From positions 207,948,001-208,012,000 of the forward strand of contig NC_091473.1 in NCBI RefSeq assembly GCF_036971445.1: DNA of 64,000 bases. Direction: 5' to 3'. A program made the position numbers and the translations under genes. This DNA is from Narcine bancroftii (lineage: Eukaryota). The number at the start of each line of letters is the position of its first letter. Within the stretch, counting starts at the first letter, position 1. Below are positions 36,755-47,754 of the stretch, piece by piece. The notes beneath the pieces are model-generated. The model ran no database searches. It was not told the origin of the DNA and was given only the letters and a program-made list of their open reading frames with translations.

Positions 36755-37057
36755 CTTTGGTACTTTGTGTCTGTGCTGAGACTGGCGAGGACGAAGAAGA
36801 TCCTTGGGTGGAACAAGTGTACACTGCCCCACTGTACCACTCCTCCACACTGGTCTGAAATTGGCTGATCACTGTGCTTTGTGTCCCTTCCTCTCTCGGT
36901 TGTTGGGTCACATTTCCTTTCATTTTCTCCCTTCCGCTCACCTGCCAGTATATTTGGACCTGGCTCAGATCAGCACCCACAACCAGGCACACCAGAGTAG
37001 CGCTCTTGTTGATCCAAATCTCTTCAGTGGATGGATTTTGTAAAAAGATGGATAATT
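36755..37057 (-). CDS. IgW: Duplicated IgW CH3' exon (303 nt), downstream of the secretory poly(A) site
   Basis: Acceptor tttctcacctgcag|AA, donor AAA G|gtgggc; ELSIFLQNPSTEEIWINKSATLVC...W...QTSVEEWYSGAVYTC; about 60% aa identity to CH3 by hand alignment; no stops. Confidence 0.88.
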
Positions 37058-37689
37058 CTGCAGGTGAGAAATAGAAAACTTACAAACTGGACTATGTCTG
37101 GTGTCAGCGGGCTTCTCCACTTCGGCCCAGACTTGAATGACAGCTGCATCTGCAGTGAACTGAACATTAGAATGAAACCATCTTTTCTGACTGCCTTGAC
37201 TGAGTAAACGGAATTGAACACCAGGAACTCATATCCTTGGGAACCTGTCGGCTTTTGACAGGGACAGTGAGATAGTTGTAAACTGAATGGCATTTAGTTG
37301 CTGCAGGGTCAACAAGTGCATTCACCTGGATGTGAGATGCAGTTTCTGACCAAAGGAAACATTGCACAAATTCATCTTGCCTTGGTGCCTCTGTGGGACT
37401 GTGGACCACTTATTGACATTGTGCCTACTGAATCAGCGAGGCCTCTCCTCTCTGTTCAGACTGAACCTGGGATTCTTCTGGTATGAAAACATTGGTGCTG
37501 ACATTCAGATCTTCCTTGACCATGCCTCTTGCCATCTCAGTATGTTTGACCAAATCAGTGCTTGGAATATTACAATTTTCTGCAGCGTGGGAGTGTGGCA
37601 ACTTTTTGTGACCTGCTTCAAATATCTTTAACAATATTTCTGGGCACCAATTAATTCCTGGACATACCAGATGACAGGTGTGTACGTAT

Positions 37690-38395
37690 GAAGCAGGAGC
37701 AAAGGTCGACTATTTGGCCTGTGATACCTGCACCCTCAACCAATAAGATCATGTCGGATCAGTTCCACATACCTGCCTTTCACCCATTAGCCCTGATTCC
37801 CCAACAATGCAAAAATCTATTGAACTGTCTTAATTACATCGAATGAACAAGTCTCCAAAACTGCCCAGGGCAGAGAATTCCACGGATTCGCTACTTGATG
37901 TGAAAACCACTTCCTCATCATCTCAATCCTAAATATATTCCTATCCCTTTCCGATTTCAAATTTCCTCATAATATTTCTGTAAGACTCCTTCTCATTCTT
38001 CTCTCTTCCAGCGTGTATAGTCCCAAGCAACTCAATCTCCACCCCTAGTTTTCCCTCCATTATCTACAGACTCAACCTGATGAGCCTCCTTTGCACCGCT
38101 TTCTGCCAGGATAACATTTCTCACGTAAGGAGACCAGAACCTTACCCAATACTCCAGCGGCGGCCTCACCAATAGCCTGTCCAGTTGCAGCAGAATCTCC
38201 CTGTTCTTCATTTCAATCCCTCCAGCAATGAACCCGCATCCCATTGACCTTCTTAATGACCTGTTGTACCTTAACACCAAGCTTCGGCGATTCATGCACA
38301 AGCACTTCCAAGTCCATCTGCACAGCAGTATGCTGCAAACGTTAACCATTTAAAGAATAATTTGATCAACTATATTTTTCTTCCACTGTGAATGA
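37690..38395 (-). mobile_element. Degenerate CR1 3' fragment
   Basis: LVRPPLEYWVRFWSPY motif. Confidence 0.7.
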
Positions 38396-39056
38396 CCTTG
38401 GTCATAGCAGGGTCTGTGAGATAGTTGCAAGCTGAGTGACCTTTAGCTTCCCTAATGCAATAAGTGCAATCTCCAGCAGATGTAGTTTCTGGACTGGCTA
38501 CCATGTGACTCTAGAACCATGTGACTGTCCTCAGAATGAACAACAGCAAGTGCTCACCTCAAGGATAGGTCAGGGTGGGCATGAAATGATGACCTTGCCA
38601 CTGAGGTCCAAATGGTGTGAATGATTCAAATGGTTTTAATCACATTTTTGAGAAGCTGACCTCAGTCTTGGGATCAGGTTTTTACGTGAAATACTTGCTA
38701 TGTTTGGTGCACCAAGGAACATAAGAATTGAGCCTGTTCCACCATTCAACAAGATTATTGCTGATCTGGTCCTAGAATTAGTTCCAAATACCTACCTGTT
38801 CCCCATAACCCCCTTGATTCCCCCACAATGCAAAACTCTGTCTTGAATATATCTAATGAGCAGGTCTCTACAATTTCCTTGGGCAGGGAATTCCACCGAT
38901 TTTCTCCACTCTCAGAAAAGCAGATCCTCATTATCAATTACAACCTTGGATGTCATTAGGTTCGATTTTTTTTCTTTCCCTTTTTTCTCTTTCTTTATTC
39001 TTTATGCAACTCTTTGTACAAATTCATATTGGATTGGGAGTTAAGAGCAAGTATTA

Positions 39057-40808
39057 AAAAGGGCACAAGGTGTAGGCCAAGCAACTATAGGCTAGTACAT
39101 TTGATATCGGTGGTGGAGAAACTAATGGAAGGAATTCTTAGGGATAATATGTATAAATATCTGGATGGGCAAGGATTGATCAGGGACTCTCAATATCAGT
39201 TTGTCAGGGGAAAGTCGTGTTTGACAAATCTTGTTGAATTTTTTGAAGAGGTGACCAGAAAGGTTGATGAAGGTAGAGCAGTTGATCTGGTGTATTTGGA
39301 TTGTAGTAAGGCTTTTGATTAAGTTCCACGTGGAAGGTTAGTGAAGAAGGTTCAATCGCTAGGGACTAATATAGAGATAGACAGATGGGTTTAGCGGTGG
39401 CTAGAAGATAGGCACCAGAGATTAATGGTGGACAACTGTCTGTCAGGATGGAGGCCAGTGACGAGCGGTGTGCCTCAGGAATCGGTGTTGGGTCCTTTGT
39501 TGATCGTCATTTATATTAATGATTTGGATGACAGGGTGGTAAACTGGGTGAATAAATATGCAGACAATACAGAAATAGGGGGAGTTGTGGATAGTGAGGA
39601 GGATTTCCATGGACTACAGAATTATTTGGACTGTTTGGAATGGTGGGCTGAAAGGTGGCAGATGGAGTTTAATGTAGACAAGTTTGAGTTGCTTCATTTT
39701 GGGAAAAATAACCAAAATAGGACGACGCATGCAGTGAAGGGGATTGAGGAATGCTGAGGAACAGAGAGATCTTGGAATAACGGTTCAGCATTCCTTAAAG
39801 GTGGATTCCCATGTAGATAGGGTAGTGAAGAAGGCTTTTGGTATGCTGGCCTTTATAAATCATAGCATATGGTAGCATAGCATAGCTCCATATAGGAGCT
39901 GGGAGGTGATGTTCAGACTGTTTAAGGCATTGGTGAGGCCAAGTGTGGAGTATTGTGTTCAGTTCTGGTTGCCAAATTCTAGGAATTTATAGAATTATTT
40001 ATAGAAATATAAATAAGGTAGAAAGGGTGCAAAGAAGGTTTACAAAAATGTTGCCTGGATTGGAGTATCTTGAATACGGAGAAAGATTGAGTAGACTGGG
40101 ACTTTATTCGTTGGAGCGTAGAAGGTTGAGAGGGGATTTGATCGAGTTTTTGAAAGTTATGAAGGGAATAGATAGAGTAGATGTGAATAGGCTCTTTCCC
40201 CTGAGGGTAGGGGAGATGGGAACAAGGGGTTATAAGTTAAGGGTTAGGGGGGAAATTTTTAGGAGTAATTGTGGTGGTACACCACCGGCCTACTGCAGGG
40301 GCAACCTCTGTACCTGCAGAAGTGTGAGGGGACAGGACAACACCTGGCTGGCTATCAATCTGTCGGCCTGAATGGATCAAGATCCACCCAGTCGGGTGTC
40401 AATCATCCTCCGGGATATAAGCCTGCGCCGGCCTCCCGAGGCCTCACTCAGAGTTGCTACAGCTAGAGCCAGCCTGGCTCTGTGGAAGTCTTTGTGGATT
40501 AAAGCCTGTTGTACAGTCTTTACCTTTGTGTGTGTCTGATTCTGGCTATCAGCGCACCACAGTAATATAAGAGGATGCTTCTTCACTCAGAGAGTGGTGG
40601 TTTAGTGGAATGATCTACTGGAAAAGTAGTTGCTGCAGGGTTAATTTTGTCATTTAAGAGGAGGCTAAATGAGTACATGGATGTGAGGGGATTGGAGGGT
40701 AATGGGCATGGTAGTAGATAGGTGGAACTAGTGGAGTTTCACATAAATCGGTGCAGACTAGAAGGACCAATATGGCCTGTTTCCGTACTGTAAATTGTTA
40801 TATGCTTA
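39057..40808 (+). mobile_element. 5'-truncated CR1 LINE (RT region)
   Basis: KSCLTNLVEFFEEVT, VPQESVLGPLL, YADN, ERVQRRFTKMLPG; same family as 9749-13259; empty site in repeat A near 31950. Confidence 0.9.
40270..40561 (+). mobile_element. Solo Gypsy-type LTR nested in CR1
   Basis: TGTGGTG...CACCACA termini, 5-bp TSD gtaat; related to LTR 17841-18088. Confidence 0.9.
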
Positions 40809-42833
40809 TATTATTGTCATAATATGTGCTATAATCTTTAATGTGTAATAGTCTCATGCGATCAATTTATTACACATTTGTTTTGTTTTTCTGATAAAAC
40901 AATAAAAATAACATAAAAAGAATATATCTAATGAGTAGGTCTCCACATCTTCCTTGGACAGGGAATTCCACAGATTTGCTACACTCTCTGAAAAGCAGAT
41001 CCTCATCATCTCTCTCTCTTCAATTCCCCCAAGTCTTCATGATATGTTCCCTGTTCGAATTTCACCTCCCAGAAGAAAAACTTTCCTGCCACTGTTATCT
41101 ATCCCTTTGACAATTTTGCACATTTCGAAAAGATCCCCTCTCATTTTTCTTAATTCCAGTGAACACAATTCTCTCTGCAAAAAGGAGTTAATCCTCAGTG
41201 GCTGCCACGACGTGACAAACACATACCTTTGTTGTGAACATCTTGATTGTTGTGTGTAACTGTGGTTGGTTAAGTGTTAAATGTGGAGAGGGTATAGCAG
41301 GGTGGGGGGGGGGGTGTGGGGGCGGTGTGAAAGGGATCGAGAAAACTTGAACTCAATAACTGTTCAATTTAGAAAATTATAAATAGAATATTAAAAGAAA
41401 AGGAGTTAATCCACACTTATATCTTAATTGACTACCCCGAACGTTGAGGTTAGGCTCCCCCTACTAGAGGAAATAAATTTCCTGCCACATCTGATCAATC
41501 CCTTTCATAATTTTACCTTTCTGTAAGATCCCCTCTCATTCTTCTTAATTCCAGTGAGTATAGTCCCAGCAACTCAATCTCCCCTTACAGGCTGAACCTT
41601 TCTTTGATGGAATCAACCTGATGAACCACCGCTTCCAATCCAGTATAGTCTTTTTCATATACAGAGACTCAAACTCCAGGTGCAGCTTCACCTGAACCCT
41701 GTTCAGCTACAGCAGATCCTACCTCTCTTCAATTCAGTCCCTCCGGAAGTGAAGGCCCGCATCATCCCATTTCCCTTCTTCATTACCTCTTGCAGCTGCA
41801 AATTAACCTTTGTGATTCATTCACAATCACTGCCAACTCCCTCTGGATCAGAGCATAAGGTAAATATTCACCATTAAAAAAAATAACCTGATCTATTATT
41901 TTCTTCCACTGTGAATGACCTCAGATTTTACAACTTTGTCCCACCTGACAGACCCTTCTCCACTCATTGACTAGTCTCTCTCTCTCTTCAGACTCTGCAT
42001 CCTTTCCACAATTTTCTCCTGTACATATGGGCGACATGGTTAGCGTAGCAGTTAGCGCATTGCCTTTAGAGTGCCAGCGATTGAGACCGGGGTTAAAATC
42101 CTGGGCTGTCTGTAAGGAGTTTGCAAGTTCTGCTCATGTCTGCATGGTTTTTTCCTGAGGCTCCAGTTTCTACCCACTCTTTGAAATGTACCAGGGATGT
42201 AGGTTCATTGGGGGTAAATTGGGTGCCAAGGGCTTGTGACCGAAATGGCCTGTTTCTGTGCTGTGTGCCTCTATATCTCAATTTTGTGTCATCAACAGGC
42301 TTTGATACAGAGCACTCGGTCCCTTACTTAAATTATTCTTGCATATCATGGGCCCAGTATCAACCCCTGTTGCAAACTGCCAATAGATAACACCCATTTA
42401 TCTGAATCTTCTGTTTTCTTTTGGGAAACCAATCCTCTATGCATCCTAATATCTTATGCCCCAATTTCAAGCATCCTTATCCTCTGGGTGTCTTTTTTGT
42501 GGCACATTATTGAATGCCTTCTTGAAGCCCAAGTCCCCAACATCCACCTATTCTCTTTGATCCATTGCTTTCATTACATCCTCAAAGAACTTCAGGGTTG
42601 CACAGTTAGCGTAACGCTCTGACAGCTGCAGAGATTGGGACCAGGGTTCAAAACCCGCGTGGTCTAAAAGGAGTTTGTATGTTCTCCCTGTATCTGCGTG
42701 GGTTTCATCCCAGTGCTCTGGTTTCCTTCCACAGTTTAAAAAAGTACCAAAGATTGTAGGTCAATTGGGTGTAGTCAAGCAGCACAGGTCCAGGTGCTGA
42801 AAGGGCCTTTTATCGCGCTGTATCTCTAAATTT

Positions 42834-45800
42834 GCAGGCGGCGGCCTCGGCCCCGGTCCGGGCAGTATGGACCGACCTAGGAGGGGAGGCAGGCCCCTCC
42901 AGCCCGGGTAAGAAACCTGCATAGGAGAAGGCCACTCCGATATAAAACCTACGACCCAAGGACCTCGCTGCCACGTCCCAGCTTGCTTGGCCACGGCACA
43001 CGAACCATGGGTGTAAAGGGTGGGGCCAGTACTGCGCGCACTGCACTCCACCTAAAAGCTCCTTTGCGCAGGCCCGAGGACAGGTCCACGTCCTCCCCCT
43101 CCACGTCCTCCCCCTCCACGTCCTCCCCCTCAAAAGATGCTCACAAACTCAGGCTAGCATGCTGGAACATCAGAACCATGCTAGACAAGGCTGACAGCCA
43201 CCGACCTGAACGTCGGTCTGCCCTCATTGCACATGAACTCCTCAGACTTGACATCGACATAGCCGCTCTCAGTGAAGTCCGCCTGGCAGATGTAGGCAGC
43301 CTCCGAGAACGCGGCGCGGGCTACACACTCTACTGGTCTGGCAAGCCTTTGGATGAACGACGCCTATCTGGTGTAGGCTTCATGGTCAAGAGCTTCATTG
43401 CCTCCAAACTCGAAAACCTTCCGACAGGCCTCTCGGACCGAATCATGTCCATGCGACTCCCACTTCAAAACAAGCGTCACATCACCCTCATCAGTGTCTA
43501 TGCTCCAACCCTCCAGGCGGAACCAGCAGAAAAGAACAAGTTCTACACCGACCTGCGCAACCTCATCCAACGTACCCCTACAGCCGACAAGGTTGTCATC
43601 CTGGGCGACTTCAACGCTCGTGTCGGCAAAGACTCAGAAACCTGGCCAGGAATCCTGGGCAAGCATGGCGTCGGCAAGTGCAACGACAATGGGCGCCTCC
43701 TGTTGGAGCTCTGCGCAGAACAGCGACTTGTCATTACAAACACCCTTTTTCAGCAGAGGGACAGCCTTAAGACCACCTGGATGCATCCCCGATCCAAACA
43801 CTGGCACCTCCTGGACTACATCCTGGTGCGAGAAAGTGACAAACAAGATGTGCTCCACACCAGGGTCATGCCTAGCGCGGAATGCCACACTGACCACCGG
43901 CTGGTTCGCTGCAAGCTCAACCTTCACTTCAAGCCAAAGCCCAGGAACAATAAAGCCCCCAGAAAGAGGTTCAATGTTGGAAACCTGCAGTCAGACGAAG
44001 CGAGAGGAAACTTCCAGGCAAACCTCAAAGCAAAGCTCGACGTTGCAACCCGCCTCACGGACCCGTCCCCTGAAACCCTCTGGGATCAGTTGAAGACTAC
44101 CATACTGCAATCCACTGAAGAGGTACTGGGCTTCTCCTCCAGGAAAAACAAGGACTGGTTTGACGAAAACAGCCAGGAAATCCAGGAGCTGCTGGCAAAG
44201 AAGCGAGCTGCCCACCAGGCTCACCTTACAAAGCCGTCCTGTCCAGAGAAGAAACAAGCCTTCCGTCGCGCATGCAGCCATCTTCAGCGCAAACTCCGGG
44301 AGATCCAAAATGAGTGGTGGACTAGCCTCGCCAAACGAACACAGCTCAGCGCGGACATTGGCGACTTCGGGTGTTTCTACGAGGCTCTAAAGGCTGTGTA
44401 CGGCCCCTCACCCCAAGTCCAAAGCCCGCTGCGCAGCTCAGACGGCAAAGTCCTCCTCAGCGACAAGATCTCCATCCTCAACCGATGGTCAGAACACTTC
44501 CAATCTCTTTTCAGTGCCAACCGCTCAGTCCAAGATTCCGCCCTGCTCCAGCTCCCTCAACAGCCCCTAAGGCAAGAGCTGGATGAGGTTCCCACCCTGG
44601 ATGAGACATATAAGGCAATCGAACAACTGAAAAGTGGCAAAGCAGCAGGTATGGATGGAATCCCCCCAGAAGTCTGGAAGGCTGGCGGCAAAACTCTGCA
44701 TGCCAAACTGCATGAGTTTTTCAAGCTTTGTTGGGACCAAGGTAAACTGCCTCAGGATCTTCGTGATGCCACCATCATCACCCTGTACAAAAACAAAGGC
44801 GAGAAATCAGACTGCTCAAACTACAGGGGAATCACGTTGCTCTCCATTGCAGGCAAAATCTTCGCTAGGATTCTACTAAATAGAATAATACCTAGTGTCG
44901 CCGAGAATATTCTCCCAGGATCACAGTGCGGCTTTCGCGCAAACAGAGGAACCACTGACATGGTCTTTGCCCTCAGACAGCTCCAAGAAAAGTGCAGAGA
45001 ACAAAACAAAGGACTCTACATCACCTTTGTTGACCTCACCAAAGCCTTCGACACCGTGAGCAGGAAAGGGCTTTGGCAAATACTAGAGCGCATCGGTTGT
45101 CCCCCAAAGTTCCTCAACATGATTATCCAACTGCACGAAAACCAACAAGGTCGGGTCAGATACAGCAATGAGCTCTCTGAACCCTTCTCCATTAACAATG
45201 GCGTGAAGCAAGGCTGTGTTCTCGCACCAACCCTCTTTTAAATCTTCTTCAGCATGATGCTGAACCAAGCCATGAAAGACCCCAACAATGAAGACGCTGT
45301 TTACATCCGGTACCGCACGGATGGCAGTCTCTTCAATCTGAGGCGCCTGCAAGCTCACACCAAGACACAAGAGAAACTTGTCCGTGAACTACTCTTTGCA
45401 GATGATGCCGCTTTAGTTGCCCATTCAGAGCCAGCTCTTCAGCGCTTGACGTCCTGCTTTGCGGAAACTGCCAAAATGTTTGGCCTGGAAGTCAGCCTGA
45501 AGAAAACTGAGGTCCTCCATCAGCCAGCTCCCCACCATGACTACCAGCCCCCCCACATCTCCATCGGGCACACAAAACTCAAAACGGTCAACCAGTTTAC
45601 CTATCTCGGCTGCACCATTTCATCAGATGCAAGGATCGACAATGAGATAGACAACAGACTCGCCAAGGCAAATAGCGCCTTTGGAAGACTACACAAAAGA
45701 GTCTGGAAAAACAACCAACTGAAAAACCTCACAAAGATAAGCGTATACAGAGCCGTTGTCATACCCACACTCCTGTTCGGCTCCGAATCATGGGTCCTCT

Positions 45801-46389
45801 ACCGGCACCACCTATGGCTCCTAGAACGCTTTCACCAGCGTTGTCTCCGCTCCATCCTCAACATCCATTGGAGCGCTTACACCCCTAACGTCGAAGTACT
45901 CGAGATGGCAGAGGTCGACAGCATCGAGTCCACGCTGCTGAAGATCCAGCTGCGCTGGATGGGTCACGTCTCCAGAATGGAGGACCATCGCCTTCCCAAG
46001 ATCGTGTTATATGGCGAGCTCTCCACTGGCCATTGTGACAGAGGTGCACCAAAGAAAAGGTACAAGGACTGCCTAAAGAAATCTCTTGGTGCCTGCCACA
46101 TTGACCACCGCCAGTGGGCTGATAATGCCTCAAACCGTGCATCTTGGCGCCTCACAGTTTGGCGGGCAGCAACCTCCTTTGAAGAAGACCGCAGAGCCCA
46201 CCTCACTGACAAAAGGCAAAGGAGGAAAAACCCAACACCCAACCCCAACCAACCAATTTTCCCTTGCAACCGCTGCAATCCTGTCTGCCTGTCCCGCATC
46301 GGACTTGTCAGCCACAAACGAGCCTGCAGCTGACGTGGACTTTTTACCCCCTCCATAAATCTTCGTCCGCGAAGCCAAGCCAAAGAAAA
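42834..46389 (+). mobile_element. Near-intact RTE-clade LINE (APE-RT ORF about 42983-46333 with one in-frame TAA at 45239-45241)
   Basis: WNIRTM, LSEVR, GDFNARVG, TDHRLV; GKAAGMDGIP, DLTKAFDTV, GVKQGCVLAPTLF, LFADD; C-terminal CNRC..C....GLVSHKRAC; 12-bp TSD atctctaaattt (42822-42833, 46390-46401). Confidence 0.96.
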
Positions 46390-46945
46390 ATCTCTAAATT
46401 TAAATTTGAAATTTAAATCAGCTACTTGATGGTTATTCATTGCCCCATCACAATAAGACTCATACTGGAGACTAAAGGCACTTTTAGGTTGCCAAAATCC
46501 CCCTATGTAAAGCCACATATTATGCCCATATGTGTCTGTCAGGAGGCCACTTGAAAGCACAGGAGGTGGATGTGAGGCAAACTTTGTAACCCTCCTCCAG
46601 GAGGGATAGTCGCCGGAGTACTGAGGACCCCCGGCACCTGAATGCAGCCGCATGAAAGCGAATGCTGAGGGGATGACAATATGCTGGTGAGCGCTTGACA
46701 GCTCCCCTCGCTGCTGCCCTGCCCGCTGGCACAGGACGTCAGGGCAGGGGCAGTGGGCATGGGCTGTCAGTGCTGGGGCAGCCAGCACGGTCAGTCAGGG
46801 TTGAGGTGACCGGCGCGGTCAGTCAGGGTTGAGATGACCAACGCGGGCTGTAGGGGTTGTAGGGCTGTAGTGGTTGGGGAGGACGGCGCGGGCTTTAGTG
46901 GTTGGATTGGCCGGTGCGGGCTGTAGTGGTTGGGCCTGCCAGTAT

Positions 46946-47575
46946 GGGCTGTCCCTATACTGATCCCACTTATGTGGGACAGATTAATTTGTTGCTTTCC
47001 AATGCAGGCACCGAACACCAAATGTTTGTTGATAATCTGCCCACAGCCACGCCAAACCTTGAGTGCTCTCCCCACAGCCCTTAATCAGTCCCAACACTGT
47101 GGGGCGGCCGGTGTGGGCAGAGCAGTGGGATCAGTGTGGGGACCAACATGTGGCTATGGGGAGAGAGCAGAGCAGTGGGATCAGTCTGGGGACCGACATG
47201 GGGCTAGTTTAATTGGACGGTAATGTTTGGTGCACACATTGTGGCCAAATGGGCTATTTCTGTGCTGTCCTGTTCTTTGTTTTAGATATTCATTATATTT
47301 AGTGTTTGCATTTCTCTTTGATAAACTAGCTGGGTTTTTATTTGCCACCGTGATGTCTTTTGCTAACTGGTTCATGTGTAAATTCTTCTGTACCATATAT
47401 TTTTCCTAATGCCTCTGCTAGTTCAAACTCTCTGCCGGTCTGATTCCTCTCAGAGCACTGAAGGTTTGACTTGGCTGTCGGCAGATTCTCAACAAACATT
47501 TGGTGCTCGGTGTCTGCATTGGAAAGCAACAAGTTAATCTGTCCCTCATAAGTGGGATCAGTATGGCAACAGCCC
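46946..47575. repeat. ~125-bp inverted repeat pair (46946-47069 / 47452-47575)
   Basis: tactgatcccacttatg.gggacagatt...ttgttgctttccaatgcag is present in both orientations; loop about 380 bp. Confidence 0.85.
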
Positions 47576-47754
47576 ACGCCGGCCACCCCAGCGCTGACAG
47601 TCTGCGCTGCCCACCCCAAACCCTGTAGACCACCCCACCTCTGACAGCCTGCCGCCCCAACCCTGACAGCCCGAAGGGACAGGAGCCAGAGTGTGCTCCG
47701 AGGCACCTCCCTTGCAGCTTTCCCTTTCAGATGGCCAGCGCTGCACTTTCAATC

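Larger units (their letters stand above)
38723..42265. repeat. Direct repeat B, interrupted by a CR1 insertion
   Basis: Matches 31622-33845 once 39057-40808 is removed. Confidence 0.9.

Noticed and set aside
36263-36850. 195-aa ORF-track entry as one long exon
   Set aside because: It is an off-frame part of CH3' plus intron, CH4' and intron read-through; splice sites define a 318-nt exon.
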